Position numbers and translations under genes: made by a program. A DNA stretch of 34,504 bases, taken from positions 1 through 34,504 of the forward strand of contig JAAYAE010000007.1 of NCBI GenBank assembly GCA_012719555.1. Reading direction: 5' to 3'. Within the stretch, counting starts at the first letter, position 1. Each line of letters opens with the position of its first letter. Shown here piece by piece: positions 18,381 to 26,145 of this stretch. Source of the DNA: Acholeplasmataceae bacterium (GTDB lineage Bacteria; Bacillota; Negativicutes; Acidaminococcales; Acidaminococcaceae). Below the pieces are notes generated by a model. It had not been told where the DNA came from. It made no database searches and worked only from the letters and a program-made list of their open reading frames with translations.

Positions 18381-19202
18381 TCAGCATTTTTTTGCCTGTT
18401 TAGCGACTACCGTTATATTGTGAGCGTCTGCCAACGCAAGCATCTTCTCTCTGTCAACCAGCAAAGTGCGTCCTGCTTCTACAACAAGACCAACAGATCC
18501 AGCTGCAATCATGGCTTCGATGGTTGCGACGCCTACACTTGGCATATCAAAGCGATTATCTTGAGCCGGTTTTGCAGTTTTTGCTACAATAACGTTCTTG
18601 CCTAACGCTCCTCCGCGCAAAATACATTTATCAGTACCTTCAATAGCTTCTACGGCCATAATAGCCTTATTTTTAACCACTACTGTTTGTCCAATATCTA
18701 AACCACCAATTTTTTTTGCCATGGAAAAACCATAGTCCATATCTTCCATTTCTTCCATAGTAGGTTGTCTTTTGCTTAAAACCCCTGCTTCAGGCATCAA
18801 AACTTGTAAAAAGAATGTCTGATCTATAACCTCTATACCTTGTGAAGATAGCTTGTCTACAATAGCCCGCATAATAGTATCATCATGCCTATCCGGCAAA
18901 GAAGATAATAGTTTTACAGCTTGCCAGTCCGGAACTATAGCCCCTTCACTGTATAAAATTTCTTTTGTCACTTTGCCAATCATGGTAACTGCTTTAATTC
19001 CATTTTTACTGAGAATATCCAATATTTTACCCAATTTGCCTATGTGAGTGCTATAAAAAGTATCCGCAACCTTGGATAATTCTTCATCTAAACCTGGAAC
19101 CACACCAATAACTACGGTTTTGTATCCTGCAGCTTTCGCTCCTCTTACAACTTCAACAGGCAAATGCCCCACACCGGCTAATATTCCTAAGGTTTTGTCC
19201 AT
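18381..19202 (-). CDS. lpxI: UDP-2,3-diacylglucosamine diphosphatase LpxI (DUF1009 family), replacing LpxH
   Basis: 273 aa. N-terminal LGILAGVGHLPVEV and C-terminal GGLDIGQTVVVK...AVEAIEGTD and FDMPSVG are as I recall for LpxI. The lpxA-lpxI-lpxB order matches the known LpxI context. Confidence 0.85.
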   Translation of the reverse strand: MDKTLGILAGVGHLPVEVVRGAKAAGYKTVVIGVVPGLDEELSKVADTFYSTHIGKLGKILDILSKNGIKAVTMIGKVTKEILYSEGAIVPDWQAVKLLSSLPDRHDDTIMRAIVDKLSSQGIEVIDQTFFLQVLMPEAGVLSKRQPTMEEMEDMDYGFSMAKKIGGLDIGQTVVVKNKAIMAVEAIEGTDKCILRGGALGKNVIVAKTAKPAQDNRFDMPSVGVATIEAMIAAGSVGLVVEAGRTLLVDREKMLALADAHNITVVAKQAKKC

Positions 19203-19210
19203 AAGGTATC

Positions 19211-20035
19211 CTACTCCTTACTTCCACGAGCCGTCGCACGACAAATACCACGTTCTACATTGCGCAAGAACCGCATAAAATGTTCTACTTCTTCACAACT
19301 ATCAAGCTCTTGTTCCATAACACTTATGGCCTCTTGAAGAGTATATCTGCTGCGGTAAAGAATCTTAAAAGCCTGTTTCAATTCTTCACGGGCTTTTGGT
19401 GAAACACCTGCTCTGGAAAGTCCTACGCTGTTTAGTCCTGATACATGAGCAGGATTTCCTGCTACGATAACGTAAGGTGGTATATCTTGAGTAATCTTGC
19501 TCATGCCTCCGCACATACAATTGCGACCGATTTTTGTGAATTGGTGAACTGCAGTTAAACCGCCGATAACAGCCCGGTCCTCTACAATAACATGTCCCGC
19601 TAAAGTAGCTACATTACTCATAATAACATTATTACCTACTACACAATTATGTGCTACATGAGTATAAGCCATAAGTAACACATTATTTCCCACACGCGTC
19701 TCATTGCCTTCGCCTACGGCGCGGTGAATGGTTGCGCATTCATGCACAACTACACCATCACCTAAAATTGTGCTGGTTTCTTCTCCCTTATATTTCAAAT
19801 CCTGAGGTGCAGCACCAATACTTGCCCCCGGAAAGAACTCGCAATTCTTTCCAATGGTTGTATAACCATCAATAACCACATGTGGATGAATAATTGTGCC
19901 TTCCCCAATAGTTACATGTTCGCCTATAACCGCATAAGGTCCAACTTGTACATTTCTCCCTAAAATAGCCCCGGGATAAACGATAGCTGTCTCATGAACT
20001 TTACGTATTGGCATTACTGCTGAATCAAATCCCAT
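19211..20035 (-). CDS. lpxA: acyl-ACP:UDP-GlcNAc O-acyltransferase LpxA
   Basis: Left-handed beta-helix hexapeptide repeats from IHETAIVYPGA onward and the C-terminal helical domain (LKQAFKILYRS). GGGAG SD precedes ATG20035. Confidence 0.92.
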   Translation of the reverse strand: MGFDSAVMPIRKVHETAIVYPGAILGRNVQVGPYAVIGEHVTIGEGTIIHPHVVIDGYTTIGKNCEFFPGASIGAAPQDLKYKGEETSTILGDGVVVHECATIHRAVGEGNETRVGNNVLLMAYTHVAHNCVVGNNVIMSNVATLAGHVIVEDRAVIGGLTAVHQFTKIGRNCMCGGMSKITQDIPPYVIVAGNPAHVSGLNSVGLSRAGVSPKAREELKQAFKILYRSRYTLQEAISVMEQELDSCEEVEHFMRFLRNVERGICRATARGSKE

Positions 20036-20186
20036 AATTTTCTCACTCCCAATAACTATTTAAAAAAATATCGACTATATAGTCACGCTATCACAGAAAA
20101 ATTTGGCGTGCTAAAATCAAGGTAATTTTGCATATTTCAGCTCATTTACTCTCAAATACTCAATATTTCTACCAAAAACTGCTCTT

Positions 20187-21482
20187 TTATTCTTTAGGAT
20201 CCATAATGGCAAAAAAGAATTCCCCTTCACAAGCTAATTCTCCATCAACGGTACCTCTGCAATTAATTACTCCCATAGTCCCTCTAACCTTAGTAACGAT
20301 GGCTGTGGTGACCAATTGATCGCCGGGAACAACTTGTTTACGAAAACGAACTTTATCAATTTTACCAAAAACAGCAATTTTCCCTCTGTTTTCTTCAGGA
20401 TAAAGCATTGCTACTCCACCCACCTGCGCCATAGCTTCAATTAGCATAATACCGGGCATTATAGGATCTCCGGGGAAATGTCCCATAAATTGAGATTCAT
20501 TCATGGTGATATTTTTTATACCTACTGCTCTTTTCATGGGCTCTAACTCCAAGATGCGATCAACTAAAAGCATAGGATAACGATGTGGAAGAACTTTTTG
20601 AATTTCTCTAATGTCTAGTGTAATCATTTTTTTACTCCTTGCTTCAAATTTATCATTACGATAATCATCTATCTGTTTTGCTACATTAGCATTAAACGCA
20701 TGCCCTGTTTTCATAGCAATAACATGTGCCTGAATCGGCCCCAACAAATATAAATCACCTATAACATCCAAAATTTTGTGCCTAATAAGCTCATCTTTAA
20801 ACCTAGGCACAGACAAAATCTTGTCTGTATCGAAAACAACTACGTTTTCTGTGGTTCCACCCTTACCCATACCCATTTTGCGCATAGCATCCAATTCTTC
20901 TACAAAGGCTACTGTTCTAGCAGGGGCAATATCTTCCAACAATCTATCTTCTGTACACTCTAAGTCAAAAACTTGAGTTCCCAGCATGGGATGAGAATTT
21001 ATAGATGTAAATGTAATCCTATATCCATCATAAGGCAATACACATATGTAGCGATCCTTGTCATAAACTGCAAATGCTTTGTCAACCTTATAAACATTGC
21101 GTTTTTTGTCTTGTGTAACTCTTCCAACTTTCAATATTGCTTGTACAAAGGTATCAGCACTTCCATCAGCTACCGGAGGCTCAGGAGAAGACATCTCTAC
21201 AAAACAATTATCGATTCTTGTCATAGCTAAGGCCGCCATAACATGTTCTACAGTAAAAACTTCAGCGTTATTTTCGCTAAGTGTGGTTGCTTTCAACGTG
21301 GAAGTTATGTTAGCCGTAACAGCTCTGACATGTGGTTTATTAGGCAAATCCGTGCGGATAAAAACAATCCCCGTATCTGCAGGAGCCGGTACTAACTTAA
21401 GTTCTACCGGTTTACCTGAATGTAGTCCAATGCCATTACACGCTACTTCCGCAGCTAGTGTTTGTTGCTGGAAATTTTCCAT
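20187..21482 (-). CDS. lpxC-fabZ: bifunctional LpxC (UDP-3-O-acyl-GlcNAc deacetylase, aa 1 to about 280) / FabZ (3-hydroxyacyl-ACP dehydratase, aa 286-431, nt 20190-20627) fusion
   Basis: LpxC motifs GIGLHSG, TVEHVMAAL and HKILDVIGDLYLLG. FabZ motifs LPHRYPMLLVDRI and FMGHFPGDPIMPGIMLIEAMAQ. One continuous ORF of 431 codons. Confidence 0.92.
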   Translation of the reverse strand: MENFQQQTLAAEVACNGIGLHSGKPVELKLVPAPADTGIVFIRTDLPNKPHVRAVTANITSTLKATTLSENNAEVFTVEHVMAALAMTRIDNCFVEMSSPEPPVADGSADTFVQAILKVGRVTQDKKRNVYKVDKAFAVYDKDRYICVLPYDGYRITFTSINSHPMLGTQVFDLECTEDRLLEDIAPARTVAFVEELDAMRKMGMGKGGTTENVVVFDTDKILSVPRFKDELIRHKILDVIGDLYLLGPIQAHVIAMKTGHAFNANVAKQIDDYRNDKFEARSKKMITLDIREIQKVLPHRYPMLLVDRILELEPMKRAVGIKNITMNESQFMGHFPGDPIMPGIMLIEAMAQVGGVAMLYPEENRGKIAVFGKIDKVRFRKQVVPGDQLVTTAIVTKVRGTMGVINCRGTVDGELACEGEFFFAIMDPKE

Positions 21483-22387
21483 TAAGCCTTTTCCCCTTCC
21501 ATAAACTTCCTGTATCTTTCTTTACCGTCTTTCCAACGATCGTGCACCCAAAACCACATAGCAGGATCCTGCACAATTTCATGTTCAGCAATTACTATCA
21601 GTTGCTCCATTATACCATGCACATCTTTTTTTCTATCCGCCGTTTTAGGAGTATAAAGTGGAGCCCTAATATTAACAGTAAGCATACCATCTGCATCATT
21701 ATGAATAAAAAATGGAATTATAGGTGCTCCATGCAACCGTGATAACAAAGCTGCTCCGGGTGGTACAATTGAAGGCTTACCAAAAAATGTAACAGGCTCA
21801 CCATCTGCCCCTGTATCTTGGTCATATACAATACCTAATAAATTTTTTTCTCGTAAAATTCTATTTATGGCCAGCATACTATTTTCGCCGTGATTATAAG
21901 CAATTTTCTGTCCTACCAGCTCTCGATATTCATTAATAAATTTATCCATACCACTATTATTTTGCTTGCGAGCTACAGACAAAATAGGATAGCCTAAAAG
22001 TGCAACAGATGCTCCCAGCATTTCCCAATTTCCATAATGAGCCGTACACATAATCACGCCCTTATGTTGACTAAAAGCAGCTTCCAAATATTTTTCCCCT
22101 TTAATGGTAATGGTTTCTCGAAAATTGTTTTTGTTAAGTAAAGGAAACCTTAGCACCTCTACAATCATACGTCCAAAACGGATAACACTCTCTTTAACTA
22201 TAACTACCGCTCTTTCCTCCGGTACCCCTAAACAATCCATAACGTTTTGTACTGCCATATATTTTCGCCATTTTGGAACAACAAGCCATGCTATAAAACC
22301 TGTAAAATCAGCAAAAGCCGTGCGCACGAATTTAGGCGAAACGCACATGACCCAGCTCAAAAATTTCATTGCCCAGTATCCTAGCAT
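21482..22387 (-). CDS. lipid A late acyltransferase, LpxL/LpxM family, copy 2
   Basis: 301 aa and a clear paralog of the 8826-9728 product: CTAHYGNWEM (HX4E), IVYDQD, APIIPFF and WFWVHDRWK are all colinear with copy 1. Confidence 0.85.
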   Translation of the reverse strand: MLGYWAMKFLSWVMCVSPKFVRTAFADFTGFIAWLVVPKWRKYMAVQNVMDCLGVPEERAVVIVKESVIRFGRMIVEVLRFPLLNKNNFRETITIKGEKYLEAAFSQHKGVIMCTAHYGNWEMLGASVALLGYPILSVARKQNNSGMDKFINEYRELVGQKIAYNHGENSMLAINRILREKNLLGIVYDQDTGADGEPVTFFGKPSIVPPGAALLSRLHGAPIIPFFIHNDADGMLTVNIRAPLYTPKTADRKKDVHGIMEQLIVIAEHEIVQDPAMWFWVHDRWKDGKERYRKFMEGEKA

Positions 22388-22406
22388 TTATGCCACCCCT
22401 TCTTGC

Positions 22407-23018
22407 CTAAAAAGTACAGTTAATGCCGGCATAAAAATCATTGGAACGCATTCCTATTTCGGCCTGTACAAGCTTACCCACAGGAAGAGCTGCACCATAA
22501 TTAAAATGATGTCCATCATATTCCAGAGCTAAGCTTAAATTTAAAACATCACTATTAACCTTAAATTGTTTTTCCATAGCTATAAATCCATTTTGAAACC
22601 GTCCCGTACCTATACCTACATGTCCTCTAAATCCCCATGGACCTTCCTTAGTCGCAGCTACATAACCAGCACGGTCAAGTTTGTCTCCTATATCTTCTAT
22701 ACCAACAGCAACTGCCGGCGTTAACACTGATTCAGCTATAAGCTGATACTTGGCGCTAAGCATATTGAAATTGTTTTCATGCTTGGGGTTGAAACGGCTA
22801 TAAGACAATTCCAAACTAGGCAAAACTGTCGCATTTACGCCCAAAACATTACCGACTTCAGTCTGTTGCGCCATAACGGAAAACTCTCCTATATTTCGCA
22901 CATGTGCAGAAGGCACGTTAATAACACCGGAAATGGAACTTAATAACATTTTTGCTTCACAAGGCACTGTGAAGATCAAACATCCAACAAGTGACAAAGC
23001 TCCAAAAGCCTTTTTCAT
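22407..23018 (-). CDS. small secreted protein, probable outer-membrane beta-barrel with a YjbH-like N-terminal motif; function unknown
   Basis: Signal peptide ALSLVGCLIFTVPCEA. GVINVPSAHV resembles the G.I.(M/T)PSA motif of the YjbH family. Alternating hydrophobic pattern and C-terminal beta-signal FYAGINCTF. AAGGGG SD. Confidence 0.55.
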   Translation of the reverse strand: MKKAFGALSLVGCLIFTVPCEAKMLLSSISGVINVPSAHVRNIGEFSVMAQQTEVGNVLGVNATVLPSLELSYSRFNPKHENNFNMLSAKYQLIAESVLTPAVAVGIEDIGDKLDRAGYVAATKEGPWGFRGHVGIGTGRFQNGFIAMEKQFKVNSDVLNLSLALEYDGHHFNYGAALPVGKLVQAEIGMRSNDFYAGINCTF

Positions 23019-23032
23019 TTCGTTTTACCCCT

Positions 23033-24061
23033 TTATTTTTTTTCACTTTGCAACGAAGCAACAAGCTTTTCTAATGCTTTCAACCTATCATTAATAGTAC
23101 CTATACGCCTCAATTGAACTTCCTGCTTAAGCCAGTCTCTATGTGGTCTAGCAGGAAACCCAGCACAAATTGAATCATCAGGTATATTATTTGTAATACC
23201 GCTTCTAGCGGCAAACACACAATTGCTGCCAATATGAATATGTCCCACACTTCCCACTTGCCCGGCAAAAGTAACATTGTTACCGACTGTGGTACTGCCG
23301 GATAACCCCACCTGAGCTACTACCATACAGTTCTCTCCCAGAATATCGTTATGTCCTAAATGCACTAAATTATCTATTTTTGTCCCAGACCCAATAATTG
23401 TACTTTCAACAGTAGCCCTATCAATACAAGTGTTATTACCGATTTCCACATCATCACCAATAACTACATTGCCCACTTGCAAAACTTTACTATGTTTACC
23501 ATTTTCCGTAATATACCCAAAACCATCGCCGCCAATTACAGCTCCGGCTTGCAAAATAGTCCTATTGCCAATTACACAACCCTCTCTAACCGTAACGCAG
23601 GAATAAAGCACACAGTTCTCACCAATTTTTACATGCCGTCCTACATAAACATGAGGATAAATAACCGTACCATCACCAATAACTGCTCCACCACCAACAT
23701 AAGCAAAAGGTAAAACAGCCACATCTTTTCCTATAGTAGCCGTAGGATCAATAAAGGCATATTCACTTACGCCCCTCGTTACTTCTTCCGGTGGTCTAAA
23801 CAAAGCCAAAAGCTTAGCAAAAGCTGCCCTAGGATTTTCCACTCTAATAACAGGTTTACCCGTAAATTCAGCGTCCTTAGGTAACACTAAAGCTCCGGCA
23901 GCTGAAAGTCCTGCCGCTTCAACGTTAGGTGGAACAGCAAAAGAAATTTGCTCGGCAGTTGCCTCTTCCAACCCATTAACACCTTTAACAATAAAATCAG
24001 GATTAGCCCCTTCCATCTCTCCGTTTAAAAAGACGGCTAATTCTCCCAGTGTCTTTTCCAT
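23033..24061 (-). CDS. lpxD: UDP-3-O-acylglucosamine N-acyltransferase LpxD
   Basis: 342 aa. N-terminal uridine-binding domain (LGELAVFLNGEMEG..), long hexapeptide-repeat beta-helix and C-terminal coiled helix. GGAGGG SD. Confidence 0.92.
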   Translation of the reverse strand: MEKTLGELAVFLNGEMEGANPDFIVKGVNGLEEATAEQISFAVPPNVEAAGLSAAGALVLPKDAEFTGKPVIRVENPRAAFAKLLALFRPPEEVTRGVSEYAFIDPTATIGKDVAVLPFAYVGGGAVIGDGTVIYPHVYVGRHVKIGENCVLYSCVTVREGCVIGNRTILQAGAVIGGDGFGYITENGKHSKVLQVGNVVIGDDVEIGNNTCIDRATVESTIIGSGTKIDNLVHLGHNDILGENCMVVAQVGLSGSTTVGNNVTFAGQVGSVGHIHIGSNCVFAARSGITNNIPDDSICAGFPARPHRDWLKQEVQLRRIGTINDRLKALEKLVASLQSEKK

Positions 24062-24088
24062 TTCTTTCCCTCCATATTCTTAGCTAGT

Positions 24089-24117
24089 AAAATATTTCGC
24101 GAACCTTTAGGACGCAA
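24089..24117 (-). promoter_or_regulatory. candidate promoter for the lpxD-to-lpxI unit
   Basis: Minus strand: TTGCGT, 17 nt, TATTTT, located between the skp terminator and the lpxD SD. The hexamers are only moderate. Confidence 0.35.
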
Positions 24118-24136
24118 CTGAATATTCGCCAAATAT

Positions 24137-24166
24137 TTTAAAAAAGGCGGACGTTAAAGTCCGCCC
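24137..24166 (-). terminator. rho-independent terminator after the skp gene triplet
   Basis: Minus-strand GGCGGAC-UUUAAC-GUCCGCC (7-bp GC-rich stem) followed by UUUUUUAAAAUAUUU. It starts 12 nt after the stop at 24178. Confidence 0.85.
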
Positions 24167-24177
24167 TTCAGCAACTA

Positions 24178-24585
24178 TTATTTCATTTTTTTGGCAATAT
24201 CTTCTGTAACATCAACGCCGCCTTGTGGGACTGCTTCTTTAACTAAAATAGCACCTAGTTTTTTTTCTTTAGCAACTTCAGCAGCCGCTGTTTCAAAGCT
24301 AGCTTTTAATTTATTTTGCGCGTCAGCTTGTAACACTTGCATTTTGGCACTTTTTTCTTGTACTATCTTTTGTGCTTCTTCTTGACTCTTGCCTTCAGTT
24401 TCTTTCATCATTTCTTCTTGTAAAGCTTTTCCTTTAGTCATTACGTCTTCTTTAATAGTCTTGTAGGCAGAGCTTTCTGTTTCAATTTTCTGCATATCAA
24501 CTACACCAAATTCTGCACTACGTCCACAACCAAAAGATACGGCCGCAAAAGTTGCCAACATTGCTATTACTAATAATTTTTTCAT
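24178..24585 (-). CDS. skp: Skp/OmpH-family periplasmic chaperone, predicted lipoprotein (135 aa)
   Basis: Signal plus lipobox-like AAVSFG-C. Skp-like body strands FGVVDMQKI and GAILVKEAVPQGGVDVTEDI flank a Lys/Glu/Gln-rich coiled coil. AGAGGGA SD. Confidence 0.8.
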   Translation of the reverse strand: MKKLLVIAMLATFAAVSFGCGRSAEFGVVDMQKIETESSAYKTIKEDVMTKGKALQEEMMKETEGKSQEEAQKIVQEKSAKMQVLQADAQNKLKASFETAAAEVAKEKKLGAILVKEAVPQGGVDVTEDIAKKMK

Positions 24586-24604
24586 GTTTTATCCCTCTTT
24601 ATTT

Positions 24605-25522
24605 TTAATTTGCTATATTTTTAATTTCAGTGCAAACATCATCAGTAACATCTACGCCCGAAATATTAGCCTTCACGTCTTTAAGTACTAAAACATATTT
24701 TTTATGCAAGGTAACCTTCTTAAGAGCACTTTCAATGTCACTGTTAATACTATCTAAAAGTTTGTCGTGTGACTGTTTTTTTAAATCAATTTGCTTATCC
24801 ATAGAAGCAATAAGTTTTTCTAACTCTGCAGGTCCTTGTTTTAATTGTTCCGCAGTAGTCCCCTGAATACCCATAGATTTACCTAACAGTTCTGCTTGAA
24901 GTTCTTTGGCATAATCAGCCATGGATTTGTGAGCAGCAACCATCTCAGGAGTCATTTTTTTATCCACCAATTCATTGCGTTTTCGTGCTATTCCAGCCAA
25001 ATCATTTTCTCTAGCTTGCAAAACATCATCTAGCTCTTTAACCACAGCTGCTCTGGCGCTTGTAGTCATTTTTACGCTTTCTAGCTTAATACGCAAATTA
25101 ACAATGGGCAGCCTATATACTTCTTCTACTGCATCTTTATCTTTTGCTAATTGCGCGTCAGCTTCTCTGATTGCGGCTCTTTCCAATTTACGCAACCGAG
25201 CATTTTCTGCTGTTTCACGCTCTGCCATACGAGTGGCAAATTCTGCTTCTGCATAGTTTTGCTTGCCGGTGAGTTTCATCTTGGTAAGATTATCCAAAAG
25301 CTGAAGTTGTTTTCTCCCCAACGAAAGTTGCTCATCTCGCAGGCGTGTAGCTCTTTCTACAGCCTCTGTAGATTGAGTCAGCCTTTTATACTTAGGATGT
25401 GCCTTCATAGCTTTTTGCCAATCAATAACGGCAATAGACGGTGTATCTTTTTTCATGCCTAAATTACCGCAGGCGGAAACTAGCAAGGCGGTAGCTGTAA
25501 ATATACATATAAGCCAGCGCAA
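24605..25522 (-). CDS. double-length Skp/OmpH-like coiled-coil lipoprotein (about 305 aa)
   Basis: Lipobox LLVSA-C. N-terminal IAVIDWQKAM and C-terminal YVLVLKDVKANISGVDVTDDV match Skp body strands, separated by about 250 aa of predicted coiled coil. GAGGAGGG SD lies 5 nt before TTG25522; the track start TTG25549 has no SD. Confidence 0.7.
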   Translation of the reverse strand: MRWLICIFTATALLVSACGNLGMKKDTPSIAVIDWQKAMKAHPKYKRLTQSTEAVERATRLRDEQLSLGRKQLQLLDNLTKMKLTGKQNYAEAEFATRMAERETAENARLRKLERAAIREADAQLAKDKDAVEEVYRLPIVNLRIKLESVKMTTSARAAVVKELDDVLQARENDLAGIARKRNELVDKKMTPEMVAAHKSMADYAKELQAELLGKSMGIQGTTAEQLKQGPAELEKLIASMDKQIDLKKQSHDKLLDSINSDIESALKKVTLHKKYVLVLKDVKANISGVDVTDDVCTEIKNIAN

Positions 25523-25546
25523 GTTATCCCTCCTCAGTAAACAGTA

Positions 25547-25569
25547 CAAAAGCCGAGCAAAAAGCTCGG
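25547..25569 (-). terminator. small hairpin between skp paralogs (weak terminator/attenuator or mRNA stabiliser)
   Basis: Minus-strand CCGAGC-UUUUU-GCUCGG (6 bp) followed by CUUUUG. The U-tract is short, so probably only partial termination. Confidence 0.35.
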
Positions 25570-25580
25570 TCTTAATTGTA

Positions 25581-26060
25581 TTATTTTTTCAATTCAGCAT
25601 TAACATCAGCAGTGACATCTAAACCACCGTAAACAACAGCGCCTTTATCAACTACAACAGCCAATCCTTTTTTCTTGCCTACAGCTACAATAGCTTCATC
25701 AACTTTTTTATTAATTGGAGCTAGAAGTTCTTTATCTTTGGCACTTAATTCCTCTTGATATTGCTTCATTAATTTTTGTTTGTCACTGTCATTCATGTCC
25801 TTACTTTTTTCGGCAAACTCTTTTTGTGCTGTTTCCACGGCACTATTCATAGAATTTTGCACTTCCATAGTTCCTGGTGCATTCTTTATCAAATCCTGAT
25901 AGTCAACAGTCCCTATAGCTGATTCCATGATTAAATTGCCGGAAGAAGTCCCTCCAAGGCCGCTTTGTGTCAAACCTAAGGCAAAGAGCCCTAGAATAAA
26001 AATTGCAGCTATACTCAAAGAAATCACTTTGACATTTTTCTTGTTAGCTAATTCCATCAT
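25581..26060 (-). CDS. skp: Skp/OmpH-family periplasmic chaperone (159 aa, signal peptide/anchor, not a lipoprotein)
   Basis: N-terminal hydrophobic VISLSIAAIFILGLFALGL. Skp-like IGTVDYQDLI ... coiled coil ... GLAVVVDKGAVVYGGLDVTADV. The start could be ATG26060 or ATG26057. Confidence 0.8.
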   Translation of the reverse strand: MMELANKKNVKVISLSIAAIFILGLFALGLTQSGLGGTSSGNLIMESAIGTVDYQDLIKNAPGTMEVQNSMNSAVETAQKEFAEKSKDMNDSDKQKLMKQYQEELSAKDKELLAPINKKVDEAIVAVGKKKGLAVVVDKGAVVYGGLDVTADVNAELKK

Positions 26061-26110
26061 TTTCCTATCCCTACTCTCTCAAAATTACTAACCTATAATT
26101 TAACCTAATA

Positions 26111-26139
26111 ATTATAGCAACAAAGGCCAAGGCTTTCAA
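26111..26139 (-). promoter_or_regulatory. strong sigma-70-type promoter for the skp triplet
   Basis: Minus strand: -35 TTGAAA (26139-26134), 17-nt spacer ending in TGc, -10 TATAAT (26116-26111). This is near consensus with an extended -10. Confidence 0.75.
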
Positions 26140-26145
26140 CCATTT

